This document shows, in pieces, positions 37,104 to 46,139 of a DNA stretch of 64,000 nt. A program made the position numbers and the translations under genes. The stretch spans positions 544,001 through 608,000 of the forward strand of contig JBGANV010000003.1 of the NCBI GenBank assembly GCA_044222185.1, given 5' to 3'. This DNA is from Planctomycetota bacterium. GTDB taxonomy: Bacteria; Planctomycetota; GCA-002687715; CAIWVZ01. The notes under the pieces are model-generated. The model saw only the letters and a list, made by a program, of their open reading frames with translations. It was not told where the DNA came from and did not search any database. How positions within the stretch are numbered: position 1 is the stretch's first letter; every line of letters begins with the position of its first letter.

Positions 37104-37140
37104 GCACCGGCGATCCCCGATCCCTGCGAAAGGAGTCCCC

Positions 37141-38202
37141 GTGCGCATCCACGCGTTCGAAATGCGTGCCGTCGGCGAGCCGCTCGTGCGAACGGTCCGA
37201 GAGCTTCGAGACCCGGGCCCGGATGAAGTCGTCGTCGAGGTGAAGGCCTGCGGGGTCTGCCACACGGATCTCGGCTTCCTGCATGACGGTGTTCCCACGC
37301 GACATGCCCTTCCACTCGTGCTCGGTCACGAAGTCGCGGGAGTGGTGACGGCGTGTGGTGCCAATCAGGCAGCGCTCGCAGGCAAGCGCGTCATCGTTCC
37401 TGCCGTGATTCCCTGCGGATCTTGCGATCTCTGCCGCCGCGGTCGCGGTGACATCTGCAAGGCGCAGATCTTCCCGGGCAACGACGATCACGGAGGCTTC
37501 GCGTCTCACCTCGTCGTCCCGGGACGAGGCCTCTGCGTGGTTCCGGGCGCGGGCGATCGGGACGCATTCGCAAGGCTCTCCGTCTGCGCAGATGCCGTGT
37601 CGACGGCCTATGAAGCCGTACGCAAGTCCGGAGTCGCCACGGGCGATTTCGCGATCTTCGTGGGCGTGGGCGGAGTCGGCGGATTCGGGGCGCAGATCGC
37701 GCACGCTCGGGGCGCGCACGTGCTGGCGTTGGACGTCGACGACGATCGGCTCGAGACCATCAAGGGACGCGGCATCCGGTGGGTCCGGAACGTCCGCACG
37801 CTTTCCGCGAAGGATCTCAAGAAGGAAGTGCGCGATCTCGCGAAGTCGGCCGGGCTCTCGCCGACCGAGTGGAGGATCTTCGAGACGTCGGGCACCAAGC
37901 CGGGCCAGGAAACGGCGTTCAACCTCCTCACCCACGGCGCGTACCTGGGAGTCGTCGGGTACTACCCGGGCGACGTCACCGTCCGCCTGTCGAACCTCAT
38001 GGCGTTCGCCGCGCGCGCGGAGGGCACGTGGGGTTGCCCGCCCGAGCAGTTCCCAGAGGTCTTGGACCTCGTCCAGAGCGGCAAGGTCGCGCTCGAGCCG
38101 TTCGTCGAGCTGCACCCCATGACGTCCATCAACACGGTCTTCGACCGGCTCAAGAAGCACGAACTTCGCAAGCGGCCCGTACTCGTGCCGGACTTCGCGT
38201 GA
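37141..38202 (+). CDS. had: 6-hydroxycyclohex-1-ene-1-carbonyl-CoA dehydrogenase (Zn-dependent MDR)
   Basis: CGVCHTDLGF, LGHE, CGSCDLC, GNDDHGGFASH, RLSNLMAF, GTWGCPP; AAGGAG RBS before GTG 37141; bcr context. Confidence 0.92.
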   Translation: MRIHAFEMRAVGEPLVRTVRELRDPGPDEVVVEVKACGVCHTDLGFLHDGVPTRHALPLVLGHEVAGVVTACGANQAALAGKRVIVPAVIPCGSCDLCRRGRGDICKAQIFPGNDDHGGFASHLVVPGRGLCVVPGAGDRDAFARLSVCADAVSTAYEAVRKSGVATGDFAIFVGVGGVGGFGAQIAHARGAHVLALDVDDDRLETIKGRGIRWVRNVRTLSAKDLKKEVRDLAKSAGLSPTEWRIFETSGTKPGQETAFNLLTHGAYLGVVGYYPGDVTVRLSNLMAFAARAEGTWGCPPEQFPEVLDLVQSGKVALEPFVELHPMTSINTVFDRLKKHELRKRPVLVPDFA

Positions 38203-38216
38203 CGCAGGAGGCAGAA

Positions 38217-39323
38217 ATGGATTGGAAGAACCACGATCTATCCCCGCAGCTGAACAGCGGGATGGTGCGCTACGAGCACAAGGCCGTTCACACCAAGGAC
38301 GGTGGCTTCGCCACGGGCCTGCACGCCATCTGGATCACGCTCGACAACCCCGAGCAACTCAACTCCTACACCACCGAGATGGTGAAGGACGTGATCCTGG
38401 GATTCCGGCGCGCGTCGAACGATCGCGCCGCCGTGGCCGTCGTTTTCACCGGCGCGGGAACCCGTGCATTCTGCACCGGGGGGAACACCGCGGAATACGC
38501 CGAGTACTACGCGGGACGGCCCGGCGAGTACGCCCAGTACATGCGGCTGTTCAACGACATGGTCACGTCCATCCTCCTTTGTGACCTGCCCGTCATCTGC
38601 CGGGTCAACGGCATGCGAATCGCCGGTGGCCAGGAGATCGGAATGGCTTGCGACGTCACGATCGCGAGCGACCTCGCGACGTTCGGGCAAGCCGGGCCCA
38701 AGCACGGATCCGCGCCGGACGGCGGCGCGACCGACTTCCTGCCGCTCTTCGTGGGGATCGAACGCGCCATGGTGAATTGCGCGCTCTGCGAGCCGTGGAC
38801 GGCGTATCAGGCCGTTCGTTACGGGCTGATCACGGAAGCAGTGCCGGTGCTGGAGGTCGCAGGGCACACGGTGCCGAATCCGCTGGTCTGCCTGTCGAAC
38901 GCCACGGACGCGCGCGGTCAGATCCACTTCGGCGAGCCGCTCACGGGTGAGGACTACGACCGCGGCAAGGCGACGCTTCAATCGGGCCGGGTGAACCTCG
39001 ACCCGCTCGACCGGGCCGTCAACACCCTCGTCACCAAGTGCCTCTACACGTTCCCGGGCTGCGTATCGAAGACGATCCAGTCGGTGCGCAAGCAGAAGCT
39101 ATTCCACTGGGACCGCAACAAGGAGACGAACCGCGCGTGGCTCGGGTTGAACATGATGACGGAAGCGAAAGCCGGCTTCCGCGCGTTCAACGAAGGTCAG
39201 GGGCGCGACCGCGAGATCGACTTCATCGCGCTACGCCAGAAACTCGCTGCAGGGGAAGTGTGGAGCGACGACCTCATCGACTCCGTGATGCCGCGCTCCG
39301 CACACAAGGCCGGTGCCCGATGA
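38217..39323 (+). CDS. oah: 6-oxocyclohex-1-ene-1-carbonyl-CoA hydrolase
   Basis: WITLDNPEQLNSYTTEMVK, FCTGGNTAEYAEYYAGRP, QAGPKHGSAPDGG, RAWLGLNMMTEA. Confidence 0.95.
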   Translation: MDWKNHDLSPQLNSGMVRYEHKAVHTKDGGFATGLHAIWITLDNPEQLNSYTTEMVKDVILGFRRASNDRAAVAVVFTGAGTRAFCTGGNTAEYAEYYAGRPGEYAQYMRLFNDMVTSILLCDLPVICRVNGMRIAGGQEIGMACDVTIASDLATFGQAGPKHGSAPDGGATDFLPLFVGIERAMVNCALCEPWTAYQAVRYGLITEAVPVLEVAGHTVPNPLVCLSNATDARGQIHFGEPLTGEDYDRGKATLQSGRVNLDPLDRAVNTLVTKCLYTFPGCVSKTIQSVRKQKLFHWDRNKETNRAWLGLNMMTEAKAGFRAFNEGQGRDREIDFIALRQKLAAGEVWSDDLIDSVMPRSAHKAGAR

Positions 39324-39381
39324 CCGACCCGGTGGGATCCTGCCCACACGCCGCACGAACCACTGCCCCGGAGGGCTCATC

Positions 39382-40161
39382 ATGACGATGCCGACCGATC
39401 CGCGCGTCCGTGCCTCGTTCGACGAGAGCGGGCTGATCCATCACCTTCTCCTCGACCACCCGCGGGGGAACATCCTCGATCGCGCGATGATCGCGGCCCT
39501 GCGCGGCGCCATCGCCGACGGCCGCAAGAAACCCGAGCTACGCGCGCTGGTGATCGAGGGTTCCGGGAAGCACTTCTCCTTCGGCGCCTCCGTGGAAGAG
39601 CACCGCGCGCCGGTCGTCGGCGAGATGCTGCGCGAGTTTCACGGCCTCTTCCGGGATCTGGCCGACTGCGGCAGGTACCTCATCGCCATCGTGCGCGGTC
39701 AGTGCCTGGGCGGTGGACTCGAACTCGCCGGGTTCTGCCATCGAGTGATCGCGTCGCCCGACGCGCGGCTGGGGAACCCGGAGATCAAGCTGGGCGTGTT
39801 CGCGCCCGTCGCGTCACTCGTCGTCCCCGCCCGCGCAGGGCAGGCATGCGCAGACGACCTTCTGATCACGGGCCGGACGGTCGTCGCCGACGAGGCGCTG
39901 CGGATGGGGCTCATCGACGCGATCACGGACGATCCCAGCGCGGCCGCGTCGGCGTGGGTGAAAGAGCACCTCGCGCCGATCTCATCGATCGCCCTGACGC
40001 ATGCCCTCCGCGCCTCGCGCCACGCCTTCTACGGCACGTTCTTCCCAGCTCTCCGCGCGCTCGAGGATCAGTACCTGAGCCAGCTCATGGCGACGGCGGA
40101 CGCCAACGAGGGAATCGCCGCATTCATCGAGAAGAGGAGCCCGTCATGGAAGCACCGGTAA
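39382..40161 (+). CDS. dch: Cyclohexa-1,5-diene-1-carbonyl-CoA hydratase
   Basis: Crotonase fold with HFSFGASVEEH, GQCLGGGLE, PEIKLGVFAP; position within the bcr cluster. Confidence 0.92.
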   Translation: MTMPTDPRVRASFDESGLIHHLLLDHPRGNILDRAMIAALRGAIADGRKKPELRALVIEGSGKHFSFGASVEEHRAPVVGEMLREFHGLFRDLADCGRYLIAIVRGQCLGGGLELAGFCHRVIASPDARLGNPEIKLGVFAPVASLVVPARAGQACADDLLITGRTVVADEALRMGLIDAITDDPSAAASAWVKEHLAPISSIALTHALRASRHAFYGTFFPALRALEDQYLSQLMATADANEGIAAFIEKRSPSWKHR

Positions 40162-41333
40162 AGGACTCACCGGCGGAACGTGCGCGGGCGGCGATCATCG
40201 CGCGCGCCGAGGACCTCTACCGCGACGTTGAGCTGAAGAGCGTCCGCGCCTGGAAGGAACGGAATCCGGGGCGAAAGGCCATCGGGTATCTCCCGACGTT
40301 CATCCCGCGGGAGATCGTCCACGCTGCGGGCATGCTGCCCGTGGGAATCGTCGGCGGCGGGGAGATCGAGGTCGTTCGCGGCGACGCGTGCTTCCAGAGC
40401 TACATCTGTCACCTCCCCCGAAGCACCATCGAACTCGGACTGAACGGCAGTTTCGATTGCCTCGACGGCGTCGTGTTCCCGAGCATCTGCGACGTGATCC
40501 GGAACCTGTCGGGCATGTGGCAGATCATGTTTCCCGGGAAGTACGTGCACTACTTCGACATGCCGCAGAACTTCGACCCGGCGATCGGCGGGGCCTTCTA
40601 CGAGCGTGAGCTGCGCCACTTCGCCGCGGACCTCGCGAAGCTCGGTGGAAGGCCGGTGACGGACGCTGCACTCCGGAAGTCCGTCGAGATCTTCAACGAG
40701 AACCGTCGCCTCCTCGCCCGCATCTACGATCTCCGGTCCGCCGAGCCGTGGCGGGTGCCCGCGTCGGAGATCTTCCTCCTCATGCGCGCCGGAATGCTGC
40801 TCCCCGTGGAGGAGCACACGGAGATGCTCGCGGCATACCTGGATGCCGTCCGCGCCGTCGACCGCCGCCCGCTCGACATGGCGCGGATCTCGATCCGCGG
40901 CTGCTTCTGTGAGCAACCACCGCTGGACCTGGTGCGCACGCTCGAGCGCTCCGGGTGTTTCATCGTCGACGACGACTGGATGCTCGTGCTGCGGTGGATC
41001 CGGGGCGACATCGAGACGGACGGCGACCCCTACCGGAACATGGCCCTTGCGTTCGTCCAGCGCAGCGCCGCGTCACCGTCGCTCTACGTGGCCGAAGCGG
41101 GACGCAAGGGCGAGCAGCTCGTCGCCGACGCACGATCGAGCAAGGCCGAGGGAGTGATCTTCGCGGCACCGAGTTTCTGCGACCCCGCGCTGCTCGATCA
41201 GCCCATGACCATGGCCGCCGTGAAGGAAGCCAAGATCCCGTGCACGGCCTTCCAGTACGCGGAGAACACGGGGCAGTTCCAGGTAATCCGGGAGCAGGCG
41301 GGCACGTTCGCCGACTCCATCAGGCTCGCATGA
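40146..41333 (+). CDS. bcrC: Benzoyl-CoA reductase subunit C
   Basis: GDACFQSYICHLPRSTIELG, FPSICDVIRNLSGMW, FCEQPP, PSFCDPALL, YAENTGQFQVIREQAGTFADSI. Confidence 0.94.
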   Translation: MEAPVKDSPAERARAAIIARAEDLYRDVELKSVRAWKERNPGRKAIGYLPTFIPREIVHAAGMLPVGIVGGGEIEVVRGDACFQSYICHLPRSTIELGLNGSFDCLDGVVFPSICDVIRNLSGMWQIMFPGKYVHYFDMPQNFDPAIGGAFYERELRHFAADLAKLGGRPVTDAALRKSVEIFNENRRLLARIYDLRSAEPWRVPASEIFLLMRAGMLLPVEEHTEMLAAYLDAVRAVDRRPLDMARISIRGCFCEQPPLDLVRTLERSGCFIVDDDWMLVLRWIRGDIETDGDPYRNMALAFVQRSAASPSLYVAEAGRKGEQLVADARSSKAEGVIFAAPSFCDPALLDQPMTMAAVKEAKIPCTAFQYAENTGQFQVIREQAGTFADSIRLA

Positions 41334-41346
41334 TCGGAGACGCTCG

Positions 41347-42624
41347 ATGACGACGGTTCAGAAGGACAGGAGTCAGGAACGGCAGAAGGAAATGATCGCC
41401 CGGCACTTTCACCGCCTGGCGCTCGCCCCACATACCGGTGAGAAGTCGGTCTACACCTTCGTGCCTGGGAATCTGACGGAGTTGCTCCTGGCGTTCGATC
41501 TCCTGCCCGTGTTGCCCGAGATCAACGCGCTCCAGGCCGGCATGCGTGGACAGAGCGGTGACCAGGTCATGAAGGCCGAGAAGCTGGGCCACTCGGAAGA
41601 CGTCTGCGCGTACGTGAAGGCGAGCATCGGCGCGCTTCACAGCGGCAACCTCGGCCCCACGGGCGAACGTCTCCCGAACCCGGACCTGTTGCTCCTCTCC
41701 TACACGGGCTGCTTCACGTTCATGAAGTGGTTCGAGATCCTGCGCGAGGAGACGAAGGCGCCGACCGTCATGCTCCACGTGCCTTACCAGGGCGACGGCA
41801 AGGTCACGCAGGAGATGCGCGACTACATCGTCAAGCAGCTGAAGGAGGTCATCATCCCGGCGCTCGAGCGCGTTTCCGGTCGAAAGTACGACGAGGACAA
41901 ACTGCGGGAGTGTCTGCGGCGCTCCGCGCGCGCGGAGGACGATCTGGTCGCCGTCCTCGAGTCGGCCAAGCACAAACCATCCCCCATCGATGGCTACTTC
42001 GGGGCCGTCTACTACGTGGGGCCGATCTTCTCGTCGTTCCGTGGAACGGAAGATGCCGTGCTCTACTACGAGGAGCTTCGTGCCGAGGTCGAGGAGCGGA
42101 TGAAGCTCGGACTGGGCCCCGTGACGCCGGACGGCCCCATGGCGAAGGAGAAGTACCGCCTCGTCGTCGAAGGCCCTCCGAACTGGACGCACTTCCGGGA
42201 GTTCTGGCGCATGTTCCACGCCGAGGGCGCGGTCATCGTCGCGTCGACCTACTCGAAGGTGGGCGGTGTGTACGACGACGGATTCCGTCACGACCCCGAC
42301 CGGCCGCTCGAGACGCTCGCCGACTACTGCCTCGGATGCTACACGAACCGGAACCTCTCGAGCCGCATCGACATGATCGTCCGCTACATGAACGACTACA
42401 GCGCGGACGGCCTGATGATCAACTCGATCAAGTCGTGTGACTCGTTCTCCGCCGGACAGCTGCTCATCCTCCGAGAGGTCGAGAAGCGCACCGGCAAGCC
42501 CGGCGGGTTCTTCGAGAGCGATCTGGTCGATCCTCGCTACTTCTCGGCGGCCAACATCAAGAACCGCATCGAGTCCTACCTGCAGATGATCGAGCAGCGC
42601 CGTGCGGGAAGGAGCGTCGCATGA
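41347..42624 (+). CDS. bcrB: Benzoyl-CoA reductase subunit B
   Basis: TFVPGNLTEL, GHSEDVCAYVK, SYTGCFTFMKWFE, EGPPNWT, NSIKSCDSFSAGQL, DLVDPRYFS. Confidence 0.95.
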   Translation: MTTVQKDRSQERQKEMIARHFHRLALAPHTGEKSVYTFVPGNLTELLLAFDLLPVLPEINALQAGMRGQSGDQVMKAEKLGHSEDVCAYVKASIGALHSGNLGPTGERLPNPDLLLLSYTGCFTFMKWFEILREETKAPTVMLHVPYQGDGKVTQEMRDYIVKQLKEVIIPALERVSGRKYDEDKLRECLRRSARAEDDLVAVLESAKHKPSPIDGYFGAVYYVGPIFSSFRGTEDAVLYYEELRAEVEERMKLGLGPVTPDGPMAKEKYRLVVEGPPNWTHFREFWRMFHAEGAVIVASTYSKVGGVYDDGFRHDPDRPLETLADYCLGCYTNRNLSSRIDMIVRYMNDYSADGLMINSIKSCDSFSAGQLLILREVEKRTGKPGGFFESDLVDPRYFSAANIKNRIESYLQMIEQRRAGRSVA

Positions 42625-43946
42625 AGTGCTTCGTCGGAATCGACCTGGGATCCACCACGACGAAGGCGGTCGTCTTGGACGAGGACCAGAACGTTCTCGG
42701 CCGCGGCATCACGAACAGTCGCAGCAACTATGAAGTGGCCTGCAACATCGCGCGGGCGGAGGCGTTCGCCAGCGTGCGGTTCACGCTGTGCGCGCGCGCC
42801 CTTCCAGAATCGCTCCTCGCGAGCGAGGCCCGCGACCTGTTCCTCGACGCGCTCGAGCGTGCGTTCCGCCTCGGCCAGCATCACGAACAACTGAAGGGAC
42901 TCGGCGATCAGATGATCGAGGACGTGCCCGCCGTCGAGAAGTTCTTCCCCGGCGTGTCGCTCGAGGCTCCGCTGACGGACGTCCTGCAGTCGATGAAGGC
43001 CGAGGCCGAGGCACTGTTCGCACCGGGCGCCGCGCGGCGCTCCGACTTCTTCCGCGACACGGCGACGAGCCAGTACCACCGACTCGCCCAGGCGCGCGCG
43101 CAGGGACACAAGCAGACGTTCGAAGCTCTCCTCGGGGTGTTCGACAAGTCGATCCTGAAGGCCGAGAACCGCGAAGTGAACATCCCGTTCGAGACGGGAG
43201 CCGGCTGGGCCATCGATCGGGCGCTCGGGGTGATCGGCCTGCTCGGGACGAAGGAGGCGTCGACGATCCGCGCGGCGCTCGCGCGAACGTTCTCGATGCC
43301 GCTCGAGGTGATTGCGAGCGTCGGGACGGGTTACGGGCGCGCCACGCTGCCCTTCCCGCGCGAACAGATCCGGTCGGAGATCCTCTGCCACGGTCTGGGC
43401 GCCCATCGCATGTTCCCAGGCACCGCGACCGTCCTCGACATCGGCGGGCAGGACACGAAGGCGATTCAGCTCGACCCCACGGGGATCGTGACCAGCTTCC
43501 AGATGAACGATCGATGCGCCGCAGGCTGCGGTCGCTACCTGGGCTACATCGCGGACGAGATGAACATCGGCCTTCACGAGCTGGGCCCGCTCGCCCAGCA
43601 GGCAACCCGCCCCGTGAAGATCAACTCGACGTGCACGGTCTTCGCCGGTGCGGAGATCCGCGACCGCCTCACGCTCGGTCAGCGCAAGGAGGACGTCCTG
43701 GCCGGACTCCACCGCGCCGTGATCCTGCGCGCGATGTCGCTTCTCGCTCGCTCCGGCGGGGTGAAGAACGAGTTCACCTTCACGGGCGGCGTCGCGAAGA
43801 ACGTCACGGCGGTCCGAGTCCTCAAGGACCTCATCGCGCAGAACTACGGAACGGTGACGACGAACATCTCGGCCGAGTCCATCTACACCGGCGCTCTCGG
43901 CGCCGCCTTGTTCGCCTGGCGCGGCGCGGCCGTGCCTGCGGCATAG
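42621..43946 (+). CDS. bcrA: Benzoyl-CoA reductase subunit A (ASKHA ATPase, long Thauera-type form)
   Basis: GIDLGSTTTKAV, GITNSRSNY, GTGYGR, SEILCHG, DIGGQDTKAI, FQMNDRCAAGCGRYL, NSTCTVFAG. Confidence 0.95.
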   Translation: MKCFVGIDLGSTTTKAVVLDEDQNVLGRGITNSRSNYEVACNIARAEAFASVRFTLCARALPESLLASEARDLFLDALERAFRLGQHHEQLKGLGDQMIEDVPAVEKFFPGVSLEAPLTDVLQSMKAEAEALFAPGAARRSDFFRDTATSQYHRLAQARAQGHKQTFEALLGVFDKSILKAENREVNIPFETGAGWAIDRALGVIGLLGTKEASTIRAALARTFSMPLEVIASVGTGYGRATLPFPREQIRSEILCHGLGAHRMFPGTATVLDIGGQDTKAIQLDPTGIVTSFQMNDRCAAGCGRYLGYIADEMNIGLHELGPLAQQATRPVKINSTCTVFAGAEIRDRLTLGQRKEDVLAGLHRAVILRAMSLLARSGGVKNEFTFTGGVAKNVTAVRVLKDLIAQNYGTVTTNISAESIYTGALGAALFAWRGAAVPAA

Positions 43947-43956
43947 GAGCCGCGAC

Positions 43957-44802
43957 ATGAACTACACCGCAGGCATCGACGTCGGGTCCAGTGCGATCAA
44001 GACGGTGATCATGCGACACGATGGGCCCGTGCCCGCCGTGGTCTCACGGCGGTGCGACCGCCTTCGTCACCGCAACGTGGTCACCGTCGCGGACGAAGCA
44101 TTCGCCGGCGTGCTGACTGAGGCGGGACTCTCGCGGGGAGACATCGCCTACATCGCCACGACCGGCGAGGGCGAGCTGATCGAGTTCCGAACGGGCCATT
44201 TCTACGGCATGACGGCCCACGCGCGCGGCGCCGTGTTCCTGATCCCAAGGGCGCGGTCAGCCTTGGACATCGGCGCCCTGCACGCGCGCGCGATCGTCCT
44301 GGACTCCGGCGGACGCGTCGAGCGCTACCGGATGACGAGCCAGTGCGCGTCCGGGTCGGGGCAGTTCATGGAGAACATCGGGCGCTACCTGGGCGTCGCC
44401 GTCGAAGAGGTGGGGACGCTCTCCCTCGAGGCCGACAAGCCCGAGAAGTGCTCGAGCATCTGCGCGGTGCTCGCCGAGACGGACGTGATCAACATGGTTT
44501 CGCGCGGCATCCGCACCCCGAACATCCTGAAGGGCATCCACCTCTCGATGGCAGGACGCTTCGTCAAGCTTCTCGAGGCCGCGGACGCCGGGCCCGTCGT
44601 CGCCCTCACGGGCGGACTCGCGACGGACATCGGACTCCTGGCGGCACTGAAGGAGGAAGCGGCCAGGTCGCAGGCCGAGCTCGAGTTCATCGCTCACCCT
44701 GACGCGATTTACGCCGGAGCGATCGGTGCCGCGCTCTGGGCGCGTTTCCGTCTCGCGAAGCTCGAGGCACTCGGTGCCAGGCTCGCTGCGGGCCCCGCAT
44801 GA
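43957..44802 (+). CDS. bcrD: Benzoyl-CoA reductase subunit D
   Basis: GIDVGS, IATTGEGE, GHFYGMTAHARGA, MTSQCASGSGQF, SSICAVLAETDVINMVSRG. Confidence 0.95.
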   Translation: MNYTAGIDVGSSAIKTVIMRHDGPVPAVVSRRCDRLRHRNVVTVADEAFAGVLTEAGLSRGDIAYIATTGEGELIEFRTGHFYGMTAHARGAVFLIPRARSALDIGALHARAIVLDSGGRVERYRMTSQCASGSGQFMENIGRYLGVAVEEVGTLSLEADKPEKCSSICAVLAETDVINMVSRGIRTPNILKGIHLSMAGRFVKLLEAADAGPVVALTGGLATDIGLLAALKEEAARSQAELEFIAHPDAIYAGAIGAALWARFRLAKLEALGARLAAGPA

Positions 44803-45512
44803 GCGACCTCGCATTCACTGGGCGCACGGTGATCGTCACCGGCGGCGCGTCGGGGATCGGTGCCGCCACGGCGGCCGCGTTCGCCACACGCGGTGCGACC
44901 GTGTATTCCCTCGACCGCGCGGAGGCCGCCGCCCCGATCCGATCGATCATCGCCGACGTGCGTGACCGCGGCGCCGTCGACGGGGCCGTCGGTCGCGTGG
45001 TGACGGATACCGGCCGCCTCGATGCCGTCGTCTGCTGCGCGGGAGTGACACGCGATGCCGTCGTCTGGAAGCTCACCGACGACGACTGGGACACCGTACT
45101 CGACGTGAATCTGAGCGGGGCGTTCCGGGTCGTTCGCGCCGCCGCGCCGCACCTGCGTGCGATGGGCCGGGGCGCCGTCGTCCTCGTGGCATCGATCAAC
45201 GGTGAGCGGGGCAAGCTCGGTCAATCGAATTACGCAGCCAGCAAGGCCGGGCTCATCGCCATGGCGAAATCGGTCGCGCGCGAGCTGGGCCGGTTCGGGA
45301 CACGGGTGAACGTCGTGTCTCCTGGAATGATCCAAACGCCCATGACTCGGTCGTTGCCGGAGGAGTTCATGAAGAAGGCGGTCGACGAGTCCGCGCTGGG
45401 ACGCCCGGGAGATCCCGCGGACGTGGCGAACGCCATCCTCTTCCTCTGCTCGGATCTCGCCCGGCACGTGACCGGGCAGGTCCTGCGCGTGGACGGGGGG
45501 CAGTACATGTGA
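44799..45512 (+). CDS. Short-chain dehydrogenase/reductase (FabG/PhaB-like)
   Basis: TGGASGIG, AGVTRD, YAASKAG, VSPGMIQT, TGQVLRVDGG. Confidence 0.9.
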   Translation: MSDLAFTGRTVIVTGGASGIGAATAAAFATRGATVYSLDRAEAAAPIRSIIADVRDRGAVDGAVGRVVTDTGRLDAVVCCAGVTRDAVVWKLTDDDWDTVLDVNLSGAFRVVRAAAPHLRAMGRGAVVLVASINGERGKLGQSNYAASKAGLIAMAKSVARELGRFGTRVNVVSPGMIQTPMTRSLPEEFMKKAVDESALGRPGDPADVANAILFLCSDLARHVTGQVLRVDGGQYM

Positions 45513-45566
45513 GCGCCTGACGGGTTGCCACATGGCGACCCGGATCCGGCGCGGAGGGTCGACGTC

Positions 45567-46064
45567 GTGAAGACGAAGAATGACGATCTGGATCGAGAGG
45601 CCGGCGAAACGGGACTCGAGCACGTCTTGGTGAGAGACCTCCGGCCGACGGACCTGGACGCGATCGTGAAGATCGACGCCGAGTACTCAGGTCGCACGCG
45701 GCGCGAGTACTACCAGCGGAAGCTTGCCGAGGCGACGAAGGAGACGGGCCTGAAGATCTCCCTCGCCGCCGAGGTGTCGGGCGTGTTCGCCGGGTTCCTT
45801 CTCGGTCGCCTGTACTTCGGCGAGTTCGGGCTTCCTGAACCCACCGCCATCGTCGACTCCATCGGCGTGCGGGGCGACTTCCGCGGACGACACGTGGGTG
45901 CGGCGCTGTTCGCGCAGCTCGAAACGAACGTGCGCGCCGTCGGGATCGAGGTGCTCGAGACGCAGGTCGACTGGGATCGATTCCAGCTTCTGGGGTTCCT
46001 CGCGGGCCACGGCTTCAAGCCCGCCCCGATCCTGACCCTCCAAAAGCGGCTCGGCCGGCGCTGA
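45567..46064 (+). CDS. GNAT-family N-acetyltransferase
   Basis: GGAGG RBS then GTG 45567; VRDLRPTDLDAIVKID, IVDSIGVRGDFRGRHVGAALF, FLAGHGFKP. Confidence 0.85.
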   Translation: MKTKNDDLDREAGETGLEHVLVRDLRPTDLDAIVKIDAEYSGRTRREYYQRKLAEATKETGLKISLAAEVSGVFAGFLLGRLYFGEFGLPEPTAIVDSIGVRGDFRGRHVGAALFAQLETNVRAVGIEVLETQVDWDRFQLLGFLAGHGFKPAPILTLQKRLGRR

Positions 46065-46139
46065 CCGCGCCCCTCGATGAGGGCGGGGGCTGGCGAGCCT
46101 CGACGCCCCCCGGCCGGTCGCAGCCGCCCGTGGCTCGGA

